Origin: Utricularia gibba
Lineage: Eukaryota; Plantae; Magnoliophyta
Assembly (NCBI GenBank): GCA_002189035.1
Contig: NEEC01000020.1
Span: 806,001-870,000 of the forward strand
Direction: 5' to 3'
DNA length: 64,000 bases
The notes beneath the pieces are model-generated. The model saw nothing but the letters and a program-made list of their open reading frames with translations. It did not search any database and was not told the DNA's origin. The translations under genes and the position numbers were made by a program. Shown one piece after another: positions 48,731-60,810 of the stretch (the stretch's first letter is position 1; every line of letters starts with the position of its first letter).

Positions 48731-49739
48731 GCTTTATTCAGATTAGTTTCCATAAAATTCGAGTAAAACATGTTATACTTCCACTTCTATGTTTCACTAT
48801 TTTCATTTTACCGTTTTCAAATAACATAGATTGTAGACTAGGTTTTTAAATATATATTTATAACTCAACTAATGTTTATCAATTAGTACTCACATTCTTT
48901 CTAATAAGTTTATTTACATAGAAGAGAAGTCTCATCCCTTCATACCATTTTTTAAATCATGTTGATGAGATGCATATTATGAATCAATTGTATTGATGTA
49001 AAAATAACATATGCTAAATTGTAAATTGAAAAATTTTAAGCACCCCAATGCTTTATTGATGTGTGGGTAGTTAACAATAGTCATGCAATTTGACAACAAA
49101 TATTGTAGATACTATATTTTTCCTATTTATTTTTTTTATTAATGAGATTAATATTTAAATTGGTCTTTTGAAATAATAAATTGTTAATTTTTAGTTAGAT
49201 ATTTATATCATTTAGACCATGTATATATTCAAACCCAATCATTTTTATAAAAAAAACTTAGGCCTTATTTGGCATGTAGAGTTAGAGGTGATTTATGACA
49301 AGTTTATAAAATTTTGATTGTTAAGTTTATAAAACTTAGCCCCTTGCGAAAAATTGATTATTCAAATAATCCTATTTTATAACTTTTAGCAAATTAACCT
49401 CTTCTAATGACGTAATTTGTTAAATAACCCTACTTTTTATAATATTATAGAATGGGTGTTTGCATGTAAATTTAAAATAATAAAAAATTCTCACTTGTGT
49501 GGATTTGAATATAAAATATCGTTTTAGCAAAGAGGCTTTTATTTTTTATATTTTAAAATGATTAAAGTTTTTTATTAAAGCATATTCACATGTCTGCATT
49601 TAATAATCAATTTAATGCAAAAAATAGTGCTACTAAAGCGAGGTAATTACTAAATTAATTCGCAAACAGCCCACGGCCGTCGTCGTCGTCGTCCTCCCTC
49701 CCTCCCTCTGCTGCAGATCCTCCTTGTTGCCGTACAGAT

Positions 49740-52320
49740 ATGGCGCCTGTTGATCCACATTCTTACACTGATTCGGCTCATCCCTTCACCAATCATATCT
49801 CCTTCTCCTTCTACTTCGATTTCCCTTCATCCACCATTCTCTCAACCGCACTCCTCACTCTCGCGGCTCCGCACTCCGGCCCCTTGTCTCTCGATTCTCG
49901 TTCCCTCCAAATCTCCGCCGTCCTCGATCCGGCGACTCTTAATCCCCTACCTTTTTCCCTCCACCCCACTTCCCCCGACGCGATTCTAGGGCAATCCATC
50001 GTCGCTACGTTGTCTGGGCAGTCGCGGTTACTTATCATCTATAAAACTACTCCTTCCTCTTCTGCCCTTCAGTGGCTTTCCCCTCCTCAGACATCCAACA
50101 AGACGTTTCCCTTCGTGTATACTCAGTGCCAATCCATTCACGCTAGGTCAATTTTCCCTTGCCAAGATACCCCCGCTGCCCGCATCAAGTATTCCGCCAA
50201 ATTGAATATACCCAACTACTTATCTGCCGTTATGGCAGCCAAACATGTCTCCAGAAGGGAGCCTCTTCCTGGTGAGTGCTTTGGTGCGTGTGATGATTCA
50301 ATGTGGTGCAGGGAAGGTAGGGCTGTTGAGGAGTTTGTGATGGAGCAGCCAGTGCCACCTTACTTATTTGCTTTTGCTGTTGGAGAGTTGGTATCTAGGG
50401 AGGTGGGTCCGAGGACCAAGGTTTATTCCGAAGCGGTTCCGAGCTTGTTGGATGCTGTGGCCACGGAGTTTGCTGGTACTGAGCAGATGATCAAAACTGG
50501 GGAAGATCTTTTTGGGCCTTACGAATGGGAAAGATTTGATTTGTTGGTTTTGCCTCCTAGTTTTCCTTATGGAGGAATGGAGAACCCGAGGATGGTGTTT
50601 TTAACTCCAACTGTTATAAAAGGGGATGCAACCGGTGCACAGGTAGTGGCTCATGAGCTTGCTCATAGCTGGACCGGGAATTTGATCACCAACAAAAGCA
50701 ATGACCACTTCTGGTTGAACGAGGTACCACAGTTACTTCTGATCTGGTATATGAGTCTCTAAGGCTCTGGTAGGAATGAAGGAAGCCATTTCCATACTGA
50801 AGTCCATTGTTCTATATGTGTTATGACTTTTTGCTTAAAAGCCAATATGGTCCTTGTGACATCTTGTGTCTAGTTTATTTTGGTATTGCTTTCTTGAATC
50901 GATCACCAAATACTGTTGTTTAGACGAGAGTGCTTCTGTTGTTTATTTGAAGGGTGGTCAGAGAAGTGGGGGAATGATAGAAAAAGGGCCAACAAAACGC
51001 AGAACAGTAGTAAAGTAGACCTTTTTTGAACTCTAGGACCTGGACTGGAGTTGGATTTGAGAATCTATGAATAGGTGTAAAATTTACCTCTTGTTTGAGC
51101 TATAAGTGAAGCAAGAGTCTGTGCTGATGCAATGAAACTACTGATTTATATGTCCCCTGTTAGTTCTTGTGCTGAAATGTCCTAGCTTTGAGACAATCAT
51201 ACTTATAGAAAAGTCAGGGCATATGAAGGTTGATGTATGATGCTCACCTAAAGCTTAAAGCCCATAACTTCATTTCTTTTATGGTGCCGGTTTGATTTTC
51301 CTGTGTCATTGGAACTATAGGGTTTCACAACATATGCTGAGCGGAGAATAGTGGAGGCTGTGCAAGGCAAGGAAAAGGCTGTGCTATCAATTGGCATTGG
51401 CTGGAGAGGACTGATTGAGGAAACAGAGCGTTTCAAGGACAACATGGAGTTCACCAAATTGATAACTGATCAGCAAGGAGTTAATCCAGATGATGTCTAC
51501 TCAGAAGTGCCATACGAGAAGGGATTCCATTTCCTACTACGCATCGAAAGACAGGTGAACTCTTGAAACATTCAGCTTTTTTTTTTTTTTCACAAGATTT
51601 TGATAAGTTTCATGTTGCTTGCTTCACTCAGATTGGCAGACCAGCATTTGATGAATTTCTCAAGAAGTATATCGATGCATTCAAGTTTCAATCCATCGAC
51701 ACATATATGTTCATTGATTTCCTTAAAGCCAATGTTCCCGGCATAGAAGCTCAAATTGACCTCAAAACCTGGACTGAGGGAACTGGCATTCCACCAGATG
51801 CTCTGGAGCCTACTTCCGATGTGTACACAAAGATCATATCCCTCTCAAATGAATTCAAAGACGGCAGGATGCCTAACGAGGACGAAGTTGCCGCATGGGG
51901 AGGTCAGGAATGGGAACTCTACATCGAAAACCTCCCCAAATCCGTTGAGCCTTCTCAGGTAGTCATCTCCACAGCAAGAACTCAGGCATCTACAGAAGTG
52001 TAATTTTGATGATGAAATTGCAGGTATCTGCTCTGGACGAGCGGTACAGGCTCTCGGAATCGAGAAACTACGACGTGAAGGTGGCGTTTCTTCGTCTCGC
52101 CATCTCATCCGGGTGCAGCAACTACTACGCAGAAGTTGAGAGAACTCTGAGAGCAGTGGGGAGGATGAAGTACCTGCGTCCTCTGTACACAGCGCTGGTG
52201 AAACCCAGCAGTGGAGAAGACGGAAAAGTGTTCGCCAGAAGGGTGTTCTCCGATGCCTGTGGCGGCTACCACCCTATCGCTCAAGGCGTCGTGGAGGCCA
52301 TCCTCGCGAAGCATTCGTGA
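49740..52320 (+). CDS. LKHA4: Leukotriene A4 hydrolase-like M1 zinc aminopeptidase (613 aa)
   Basis: Exons 49740-50723, 51321-51554, 51632-51958 and 52024-52320 are in frame. Motifs: MAPVDPHS, QCQSIHARSIFPCQDTP, GGMEN, HELAH...NE|G (HExxH-x18-E), VPYEKG, GRMKYLRPLY. Confidence 0.96.
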
Positions 52321-52849
52321 ACTCGAGTTCCGCTGTTTCATGTGTTGTACTGGATGGATTATGGGTGTCTGAAGGGATGATAATTTTAGTTTTGAGATTT
52401 AGAATTAGATTTTCATTATAAATTATTTAACAATAAGAAATGGAATATTGTCATATGCATGAAATTTTGAAAAATGACTTAACACGTCCTGACCTATAAT
52501 TAGGATAGGGTAAATTTTTTTATTGCATCAAGAACAACTTTAATGTTCTATAATTTAAATCAAAATCATTTTAAAAAATCATAAAACACAATTTATTTTT
52601 TTAAAAAATAAAAATAATAAAAAAGATATAAATTTTATTTATAAACATAAAAAAAGTGAAATAAAATACTAACAAAGATATAGAAAACACAAATATAAAT
52701 AATATAAAATTATTTATCATACATATTTAAATAGTTAATACATGTATTTCTATTTAAAACTTATTATAACTCAAAAATCTAAAAACTATAATGGGACAAA
52801 GTAATTTAAGGATGTTATAAAATGTAATGTGATGTATTTTTATAAAAGG

Positions 52850-52969
52850 AAGATTCAAATCTTTATATATTTCAATTGTAAGATCCAAATTTTCATTTAT
52901 TTCAATGATAAAATTCAAATCTCGGTGTATTTCAATAATAAGATTCAGATCTCCTTATTATATTTATAT
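52850..52969. repeat. 30-bp minisatellite, about 4 units
   Basis: Units of AAGATTCAAATCT....TATTTCAAT.AT start at 52850, 52880, 52910 and 52940. They explain the KIQIFIYFN repeat in ORF 52829-53248. Confidence 0.8.
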
Positions 52970-54215
52970 AATCTGAAAATATTCATATATTTGATTTTTA
53001 AGATTTTTCATATTATTCAAATTTGTACAATTCATAAACTATTGGGTTTGGATTTATCTTCAAATTCAATTAAAAGTATTATAAAAATTTACAAAATATA
53101 TTCTTCCTTACTCTTAAATTACCATAAAATATATAAAATTAATGAGAAAATCATGTATAAAATAGGTAAAAATAATCATATATGGTTACAAAGGACCATA
53201 ATTGAATGTAACAGCACATCACTTCACATATTTAGTAGATGCGTATAAAATAAATTATACAAAAAGCAACAAATTGATTGATTAATAAAATTTTCATGAG
53301 ATGGAGTTTTCAATATAGATTATTCAAATGTTTATGAATCAAATATATATTAAACAATATGTTTATCAAATGTCACAGTCTATATTTGTCTTGTACGATA
53401 TTATTCGATTTAATCATTCAACTCTCACAATTTTATACATAATTAATATAATCCATTTATTTAAGTATGTACTCTTCCCCAGCCTTAACAATAATACACC
53501 CATCCTTGTAAAATTTTTTAACTGAGTATGATTAATTTTTTCACACTTTATTAAGTATAATCAAATTTATAATACACACATTTTTAACTAATATGGAAAT
53601 ATCATCACTAGACTCCTAGCCGAATTTCAAATACACATAGTTTTCAACACATTTGTGTTTGGAGTCGTAAACAACCTTACTAAATACCACTTAAAATGAA
53701 TAAATATAAAAAAGATATTTTAACTCTCTAAATTTTCTTTATTTTGCGTTTAAATAAAAGGAAAAAAGGAATTTAGATAAATTTGCCAAAATAACCGTTC
53801 TTTATCTGGGAGACGGAACCTAATTGGTCACACGTGCTATCAATCTCAGCCCTTGAAGGCGCATGCAATGATCCAAGCCGTTGATCTTCCCTTCCTCCTG
53901 CTATATAATAACCCGTCCCCAGCTTCCCTTTTCTTGACCAGCAGTTCCGTTTTCGCGAGAAACCGAATAGCCCGCCCTTTTGGAACCTGGAGAAATAAAC
54001 CATATACAGACTCTCATCAAACTTGTTCTCCTTTGTATCTAGGGCTTAAAGTACAAATCTCTGAAGAATTTGCCCTCTTTTTCTCCGATTTCGTTAGGTT
54101 TGCGATGGAATTTCTTGATTTGTGTTGATATTGATGGCGTTGTTCTAAAATCATAATAGATTCGTGGTTCTTCAGCGTGTTTCGGAGGCTCGATCTGTTT
54201 TTTTGGTGGGAGATT

Positions 54216-55575
54216 ATGATGAATCAACAGCAGCAGCATCAGCAGCCGCCGCCGCCGCCATTGATGAGCTTGAAGAACCACAATTTGATAAACATGAATC
54301 AAGCTCCAGTGCAGGTAACGTTGTTGTTTATCTTTGTTGAAATTCTTCAGCTTTTTTTTGAATATTTATTTTTTTATTTGTCATCATCTGCAGATGCTTC
54401 CTGTGCGTGTGGGCTATGGTATGTGGCCCCCACCGTCACACTTTCTTTCCTCAAAACCAACTGCTGGGGTTGTTCCTGGTTTTGAGAAATCGTTGGGTCC
54501 AAGGAGTGACTGGAACGCCAGGAAAGTGGCTGGTAGTAACAACCTTAACGATAAATGGAGAATTGAATACCAGAACGTGGCAGCAGTAGTTGGTTCAGGT
54601 GGTAAAATGATGGGGGTTGCTGCTGTGGGGAATTCTTCAACTTTTACGTATCAGCCCCCTAATTTGAATGAATTGCAGCATCGAAATCGATTGAAGATGA
54701 AGAAGTTTATTCCGAAAAGGAGGTTCAACAAAAATGGTGGTTTTAACTTGGATATTGTGGATCATAATGCTTTTTACCATAGTCGTAGTAGTAGGTCTCC
54801 ACCTTATGCTCCAAGAAATACCACTTCTTTTATAATCAGAGCAAAGAAAAGTGGGGGTATAGCATCATTGGTATCTCCTTCACCAGCGACACCTGCGATT
54901 TTGCCCTCTCCTTTTTTCTCTCCATCTAGAGAAATTTTGGTGGATATGGCGAAAGAAGAATGGGGTGTTGATGGATATGGATCAATGAAGGGGTTGATCA
55001 GGTTGAGGCCCCCTGGACATGAGAATGAGGAGGATGAAGGTGGTTCAAGTGACATTGATGCGGAAGAGCATGTTGAATTGGAGCGGAGACTGGACCATGA
55101 TTTGAGTCGGTTTGAGATGATCTACAATCCAAAGAGTAACAATCTTTCTAATAAGGAATATAATAATGTTTTGGAAAATCGCGTTGATGATCAAGATAGT
55201 CATATTGCCCAACTGGAGGAGGAGAATTTGATCCTGAAGGAAAGACTGTTCTTGATGGAGAGTGAGTTAGGAGATTTGAGAAGGAGAATGCAATATTTGG
55301 AGGGAAAACACAGTGGAGGTGAAGAGATGAATGAGGAAGTAATGGAGAATGACTCGGAGAATGAAAATGAGAGTCGTGAAGAAACGAATAGGCCTGAAGA
55401 ATTCAGTGACGAGAAAATTCACCTGGATGCATCTTCCTCAGGTCAAGATGCAGATAACTTCGATGTAGCCACTTTTGTAGATAAAAACATGGTTGCAGCT
55501 ACTGATGAAAGCATGAATCTTGGACCCTCTGAAGGCAATGGAACGATTGAGATGCAATTTGCTGATGATGATTAG
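54216..55575 (+). CDS. PRL1-interacting factor A-like protein (426 aa); candidate HEXIM-like protein
   Basis: Exons 54216-54314 and 54394-55575. Q/P-rich N-terminus; conserved plant block PPYAPRNTTSFIIRAKKSGGIASLVSP...KEEWGVDGYGSMKGLIRLR; coiled coil QDSHIAQLEEENLILKERL; acidic tail. The family name is recalled from At5g19900. Confidence 0.88.
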
Positions 55576-56998
55576 AGTTTTGAATGATCCATCCTCGATC
55601 GTGACTCAGCTGAAATTGAGGGAGTTATTGAAGAGGAAACAGATTTTACTTCTTTGCTCAACATGTGATAAGGGATGATAGTATGGAGTAAAGTGTGCCA
55701 TAAAGTTGTCCCAGCTTATGGAATTGGACTACCGTAGCTTTCACAGTTACAGGGGAGCTAGTTCGTAGATACTGCGTTTTTATGCTGATGTGGTTCATTC
55801 ACTCTTTTGCCTTGTATAGCAAACTGTGAGCTTGAGCTCGTGATTCCATCTTATGTCTGGGTGAAAACTTGCCAGTGGAATACAAGAGGACGTTGTTCCT
55901 TGGTGGGCTGCCTCCTAGACGAGCCAAGAAAAAAGTATATCTACAGGCTGCTCCTCACATCAAAATCAGGGGTGAAGGAGGGATGACAGGGGAGTGATCA
56001 GGGATAGAGGCAAGGAACAAGGGTAAATGGAACGAAAATGAGACTTCTACATGAAAAGGGGAGCCAGCCTACTTCAACTGTGATGAAATCTTCAAAGCTG
56101 GTCCGAAGGGTAAGACTCTTTTCTCATTGGTTTTGTGAATGATTCAAGAGATAGCTGCTATAAACGAGGTGTACCGTCAAGATACTTACTTAAAAGGTAT
56201 CATGGATAAAGATTGACATTTAGGTGTAGTAGTATCGAACTGATTCAAAATATACGATAGTTTATTATCTTATCTTCACTTTTGTTCAATTTTCTCTCTT
56301 CATCTGCTTATTCTTGAGTTGCAGATTATGCCCATTTTGCTCTTTTGATTAAAATTGTTACACAACTCTGTTGAAGTTGTTCAGTTTGGCTCACTAGGAA
56401 CTTCATGAGCACTCTCTTCAGTCTCTCCATTCCTCGATCGAAGCCCCTGGCTCTCCCTTTTCTTCCATCCACGTCCAGCCGGTGCCCTCCCCCGAAAAAC
56501 TTCGAATGTGGCTGGGGCCGATTTAATCGTCTGCTCGACGGGAGGGGTTTGGAAGATGGAGTGTCCATGCAAAGGAGCACGAAGCCTCCACAGAAGGGGA
56601 AGTTCGGAAGAAAGAATCAGACACCGAGAAAAGCTTCCTGAACCGAGAGGCTTCATCTCATGTCTGAAAAATTTTGCTGCTGACTGCAAAAATGTGCCCC
56701 TGAGATCAACACTTGCACCTCACAAAAGGACATTGCTCTACACTACATACGTGTAAAGTGACAGAAATCCTACAGCAAAAAGAAGCAGATTCATGTGTGC
56801 CTTCTGACTCCGAGGAAACTTAATGAAAATATTAATATATAGAGCTGTACAATAAAGGTAGTAAAGGATTTTCGTGTCCTATGAGAGGAGGCGGTTTGAA
56901 ATAATTTTTTTTTTAAAAAATTGTTATGCATACTATTAAAAAATAGTAATTTAGTCTACATCATTAAAAAAGAAAAAGAAAATATCAATATAAGCATA

Positions 56999-57675
56999 GA
57001 ACTATAATTGGTTTGAACTAGAACTACAATTCGAAATATAACTATATGGTTTCGGTTCAAAATATTTGGAATCATGGAACCATCGATTTTGATTTGTACG
57101 GAATCAACTGGACCAATAATTCGAAACTGTGAATATCGGTTCGTATTAAAATATTCATTAAAACATGCAAGGCACTCATAATGAATTTGACAAATACTCA
57201 TAATGATTCTATTAGCGTATTGTGAATTGCGAATCATCTATAGTATATCGTGAACCATGAACTATTGATAATGCATTGTTTCTAATAATGTATTTGCCAA
57301 ACACCCATAACGATTGCTATAGATGTTTAGGATCAATTCTGAACATCCATATTATAGGTATCTAGAAATAGTTTTATAAAATTAAAATTTGTTACACAGA
57401 CACTTATAACGGTTTGCGCGGATGCCTCAAAAACGCATCATTCATTTAAGGAATAACCATCCTATTCCAGTTTCAGTTTGGTTCAACGGTTTCGATTTTG
57501 AATCAAAACCGTTGGTACCTATTCTAGTTTTAGTTTAGTTCAAAGTTTCGGAATCTGATTCCGAACCAAAACCAAAACTTTAGTGTACAACAAACTATGA
57601 TTTACAAACTAACGGTGCGAAAAAAACATTCAGTTCCGACCCGAAACCGAATGGTTGGGACCGATAGCACTACTC
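56999..57675. mobile_element. Probable non-autonomous DNA transposon (hAT-like subterminal repeats)
   Basis: Bounded by the direct repeat TATAAGCATA (56989-56998 and 57676-57685), with many GGTTC/GAACC/AACCG motifs near both ends. The TIRs are weak. Confidence 0.5.
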
Positions 57676-59538
57676 TATAAGCATATTAACGTAATTCTTT
57701 CAGAAATTGAGAAGCTATCAAACGGCGTCGTTCCAATCGAATTTTTCATTTGAAAACCTTTCTGGGTGTCGGTCACATGAACATTTGCCCTTCGGACTGT
57801 TGGCATGTGAATGGCGGATGCCGGATTCACTTGCGACACAAGTAGAAGGAAATTGTTTTCTTGTCTGAAACTGTAGGGGCCCCGCCCCATCCACGACCTC
57901 CAACTTCCAACATGATGCATGCCGGTAGTTAACACAATGTTTGAAATTCAGAAATATTTTGAATTTTTAATTTGGGGAAGATGATATTGAGAGTGATTTC
58001 ACAATTTAGTTTCAAAGATCAATAATAATATTAAGAGAGACGTTGTGATTACTGATGAAAGGGATGGTGAAACTCGAGAGAAAGATTCCTCTAATTGCTT
58101 TGTGTTTAGTTCTTTGTAATTGTGTTATGACTCTTGTTTTTTAGTATTGTAACCTTTTTGTGATCCTTGAGGTGGAATTAGAGAGTTGGGCAGGATGAGC
58201 ATTGCAAACTAGGAATCATGATGATGCAGCATTGCAATGTCATCCCCAAACCGAGCTTCTACCGATTTGTCGAGTTTGAGCTGGGAGAGCTACATGTTGG
58301 AAACCCATGCATTTTTACTTTGAAATTTTCAAAAAAAATATAATTTGAGATAGACTTGAATTGAACATTTAATCTTTAACTTTAAAATCTTTTACTAACT
58401 AAGTTACGAGTGTAGATAATATAATTCATGTCTGTGTAAATATATATACATCAATTACGCCTATGTAACTTCGTAATGCATTTATGGACATGATTTATTC
58501 TTAAACTATGCTCATGTTGCTTCCTGATGCATATATAGACGTAATTTATATATAAGCTATATTCATGTGGTTTCGTGATACATACACGAGCATGATTTAT
58601 ATGCAATTTGTACTCATATTGCTTCATAGTACATACACAGCGTGATTTTTTTAAATTTGTGAATTAAGGATTTAATTTCGATTCATTTTAATTTTTTTAT
58701 TCTTATAAAATTAAAATTAAATAAAAAAGAATATTAAGAAATCGAAATAATTAATTAAAATATTGAAAATTCTATTAATTTTAATTACTTGTAATTTTTC
58801 ATAAAAATAATAATAATAAATTAAAATATCAATTACATATATATATATCTAAGTTTGTATTTCAACTTTTTATAAATAAACATTATTTATTTTTATTATG
58901 TTTATCAATATGATTTTATTGAAATAGAGATTTATTTTTGGATAAATAAAGAATAAGAAATTTAACAATAAATATTAATAGCATTATGATGAATTTTGCA
59001 TAGATTTATTTTTATCATTAAAATTATGAATTCAATAGATAGAATGAATATGCGTGAAGCCTATTTAAAAATAAATATTAAAAAATATTATACTCAAATA
59101 ATATTAATGATTCCTAATTTTTATATATTTAATTATGCTATTTTAAATTTTGGATGTGATATTATTTATTTTAATAATTATATCGCTCACATTTTTTCAT
59201 AAAAAATAGTCAAAACAAATTAATTTCTATCACGGGTAGAAAATAGCTACAAAAACCAATTTTCAACTAAATCAATCTTAATTACAATTAATTGATGTTA
59301 ATCATACCCGTTGACAGTCAGATGGCAGAATCGTAATTTGGGAGGTTTTTTTCGATTTTCTCTTCTCGGAATTGGAATTATTATTATTATTATTTTAAAG
59401 TAAAAGCTAAAACAAAAGCTTTGTCTACAGTTTGCTTGGTCATTCGACTCGTTTTCCTTCTGCATCTTCTTCGCGAACTGCTTTTACCAACAACTTTGCG
59501 TCTAGGGTTTGGGCTCAGCGGATTAGATAAGAGCAGAA

Positions 59539-60810
59539 ATGGGGCAGCAGTCGTTGATCTACAGCTTCGTGGCGCGTGGGACGGTGATCCTTGCGGAGTA
59601 CACTGAGTTCACCGGTAATTTCACCGGCATCGCCGCGCAATGTCTCCAGAAGCTCCCTGCCACCAACAACAAGTTTACCTACAACTGCGACAATCACACC
59701 TTCAATTACCTCGTCGAGGACGGATTCAGTAAGCTCAGGCTCCGATCTCTAGATCAGGGATGCATTTATATCTTGTTCGTGTTGTTTTGCTCTTATTTAT
59801 TGACTCGGGAAATTTCCTAAAATTAAACGGTATTTGAATCTGCATTGATTGGATCGATTTTTGGCTGTGTGATTTCGTCACGATGGCACAATATCTTTCT
59901 ATTGCGAGCTTAAATCTGTTTCTTTTTAACAGCGTATTGTGTGGTGGCTGTCGAATCTGTTGGGAGGCAGATTCCTATTGCATTTCTTGAGCGGACCAAG
60001 GAGGATTTTATTAAGAAATATGGCGGGGGAAAGGCTGCCACTGCTGTTGCTAACAGCTTGAACAAGGAGTTTGGGTAAGTTCTCATTTTGTCATAGTTTT
60101 TGTTTCCATATTGATGACTGGGATAGCCATATAAATCAGACCCAAGCTCAAGGAGCAGATGCAGTACTGCGTAGATCATCCGGAGGAGATCAGTAAGCTT
60201 GCAAAGGTGAAAGCTCAGGTTTCAGAAGTCAAGGGAGTTATGATGGAGAACATTGAGAAGGTGAACTCATAGATAGAATGCTTCTCTATTGCCTTTTTTT
60301 TTTTTTTTTTGTTGAGATGTCTCCTGAATTCATTTAAGTAGTTGAGCTACACTTAGAAATGATTCAAGAATCGGATGCTATCCGCAGGTTCTAGATCGTG
60401 GGGAGAAAATTGAGCTTTTGGTGGATAAAACTGAGAACCTTCGCTCTCAGGTCTGTCAATTCATCTTCAGTCATCAATAGGAAGTTTCAGCTTTCTTGAT
60501 TCTTTCTTGTGAATTCAAAATATTTAATGGGACTACCCAAGTTCATGTCTCTTTAACATGGGTTTCTCATACTCCTATTGTCTGTTTTTCTTCTTGTCAT
60601 TACCATTGGACTCATTTATTATTATTCTAATAATGTGATATGATGTTACCCTTGGGCTGGCAGGCACAAGACTTCAAGATGCAGGGTACGAAGATGAGGA
60701 AAAAGATGTGGCTGCAGAACATGAAGGTAAAGCTTATTGTCCTCGCCATCATCGTTGCCCTGATCCTCATCATCGTCTTATCGGTTTGCCATGGCTTCAA
60801 GTGTCACTAA
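59539..60810 (+). CDS. VAMP72: Vesicle-associated membrane protein VAMP72 (longin R-SNARE), 220 aa
   Basis: Exons 59539-59728, 59933-60074, 60140-60260, 60388-60450 and 60664-60810 total 663 nt. [14 protein letters not shown] longin domain; [18 protein letters not shown] (zero-layer R); C-terminal TM segment and CHGFKCH*. VAMP721/722/726 cannot be resolved. Confidence 0.97.

Noticed and set aside
52829-53525. AT-rich ORFs with I/F/N/K bias (also 48245-48580, 58996-59202 and 63205-63591)
   Set aside because: Low-complexity intergenic DNA; the apparent 10-aa repeat comes from a 30-bp minisatellite.
56403-56575. Long imperfect inverted repeat as a possible miRNA precursor
   Set aside because: Too many mismatches and bulges in any 21-nt window, and no match to a conserved miRNA family I know.
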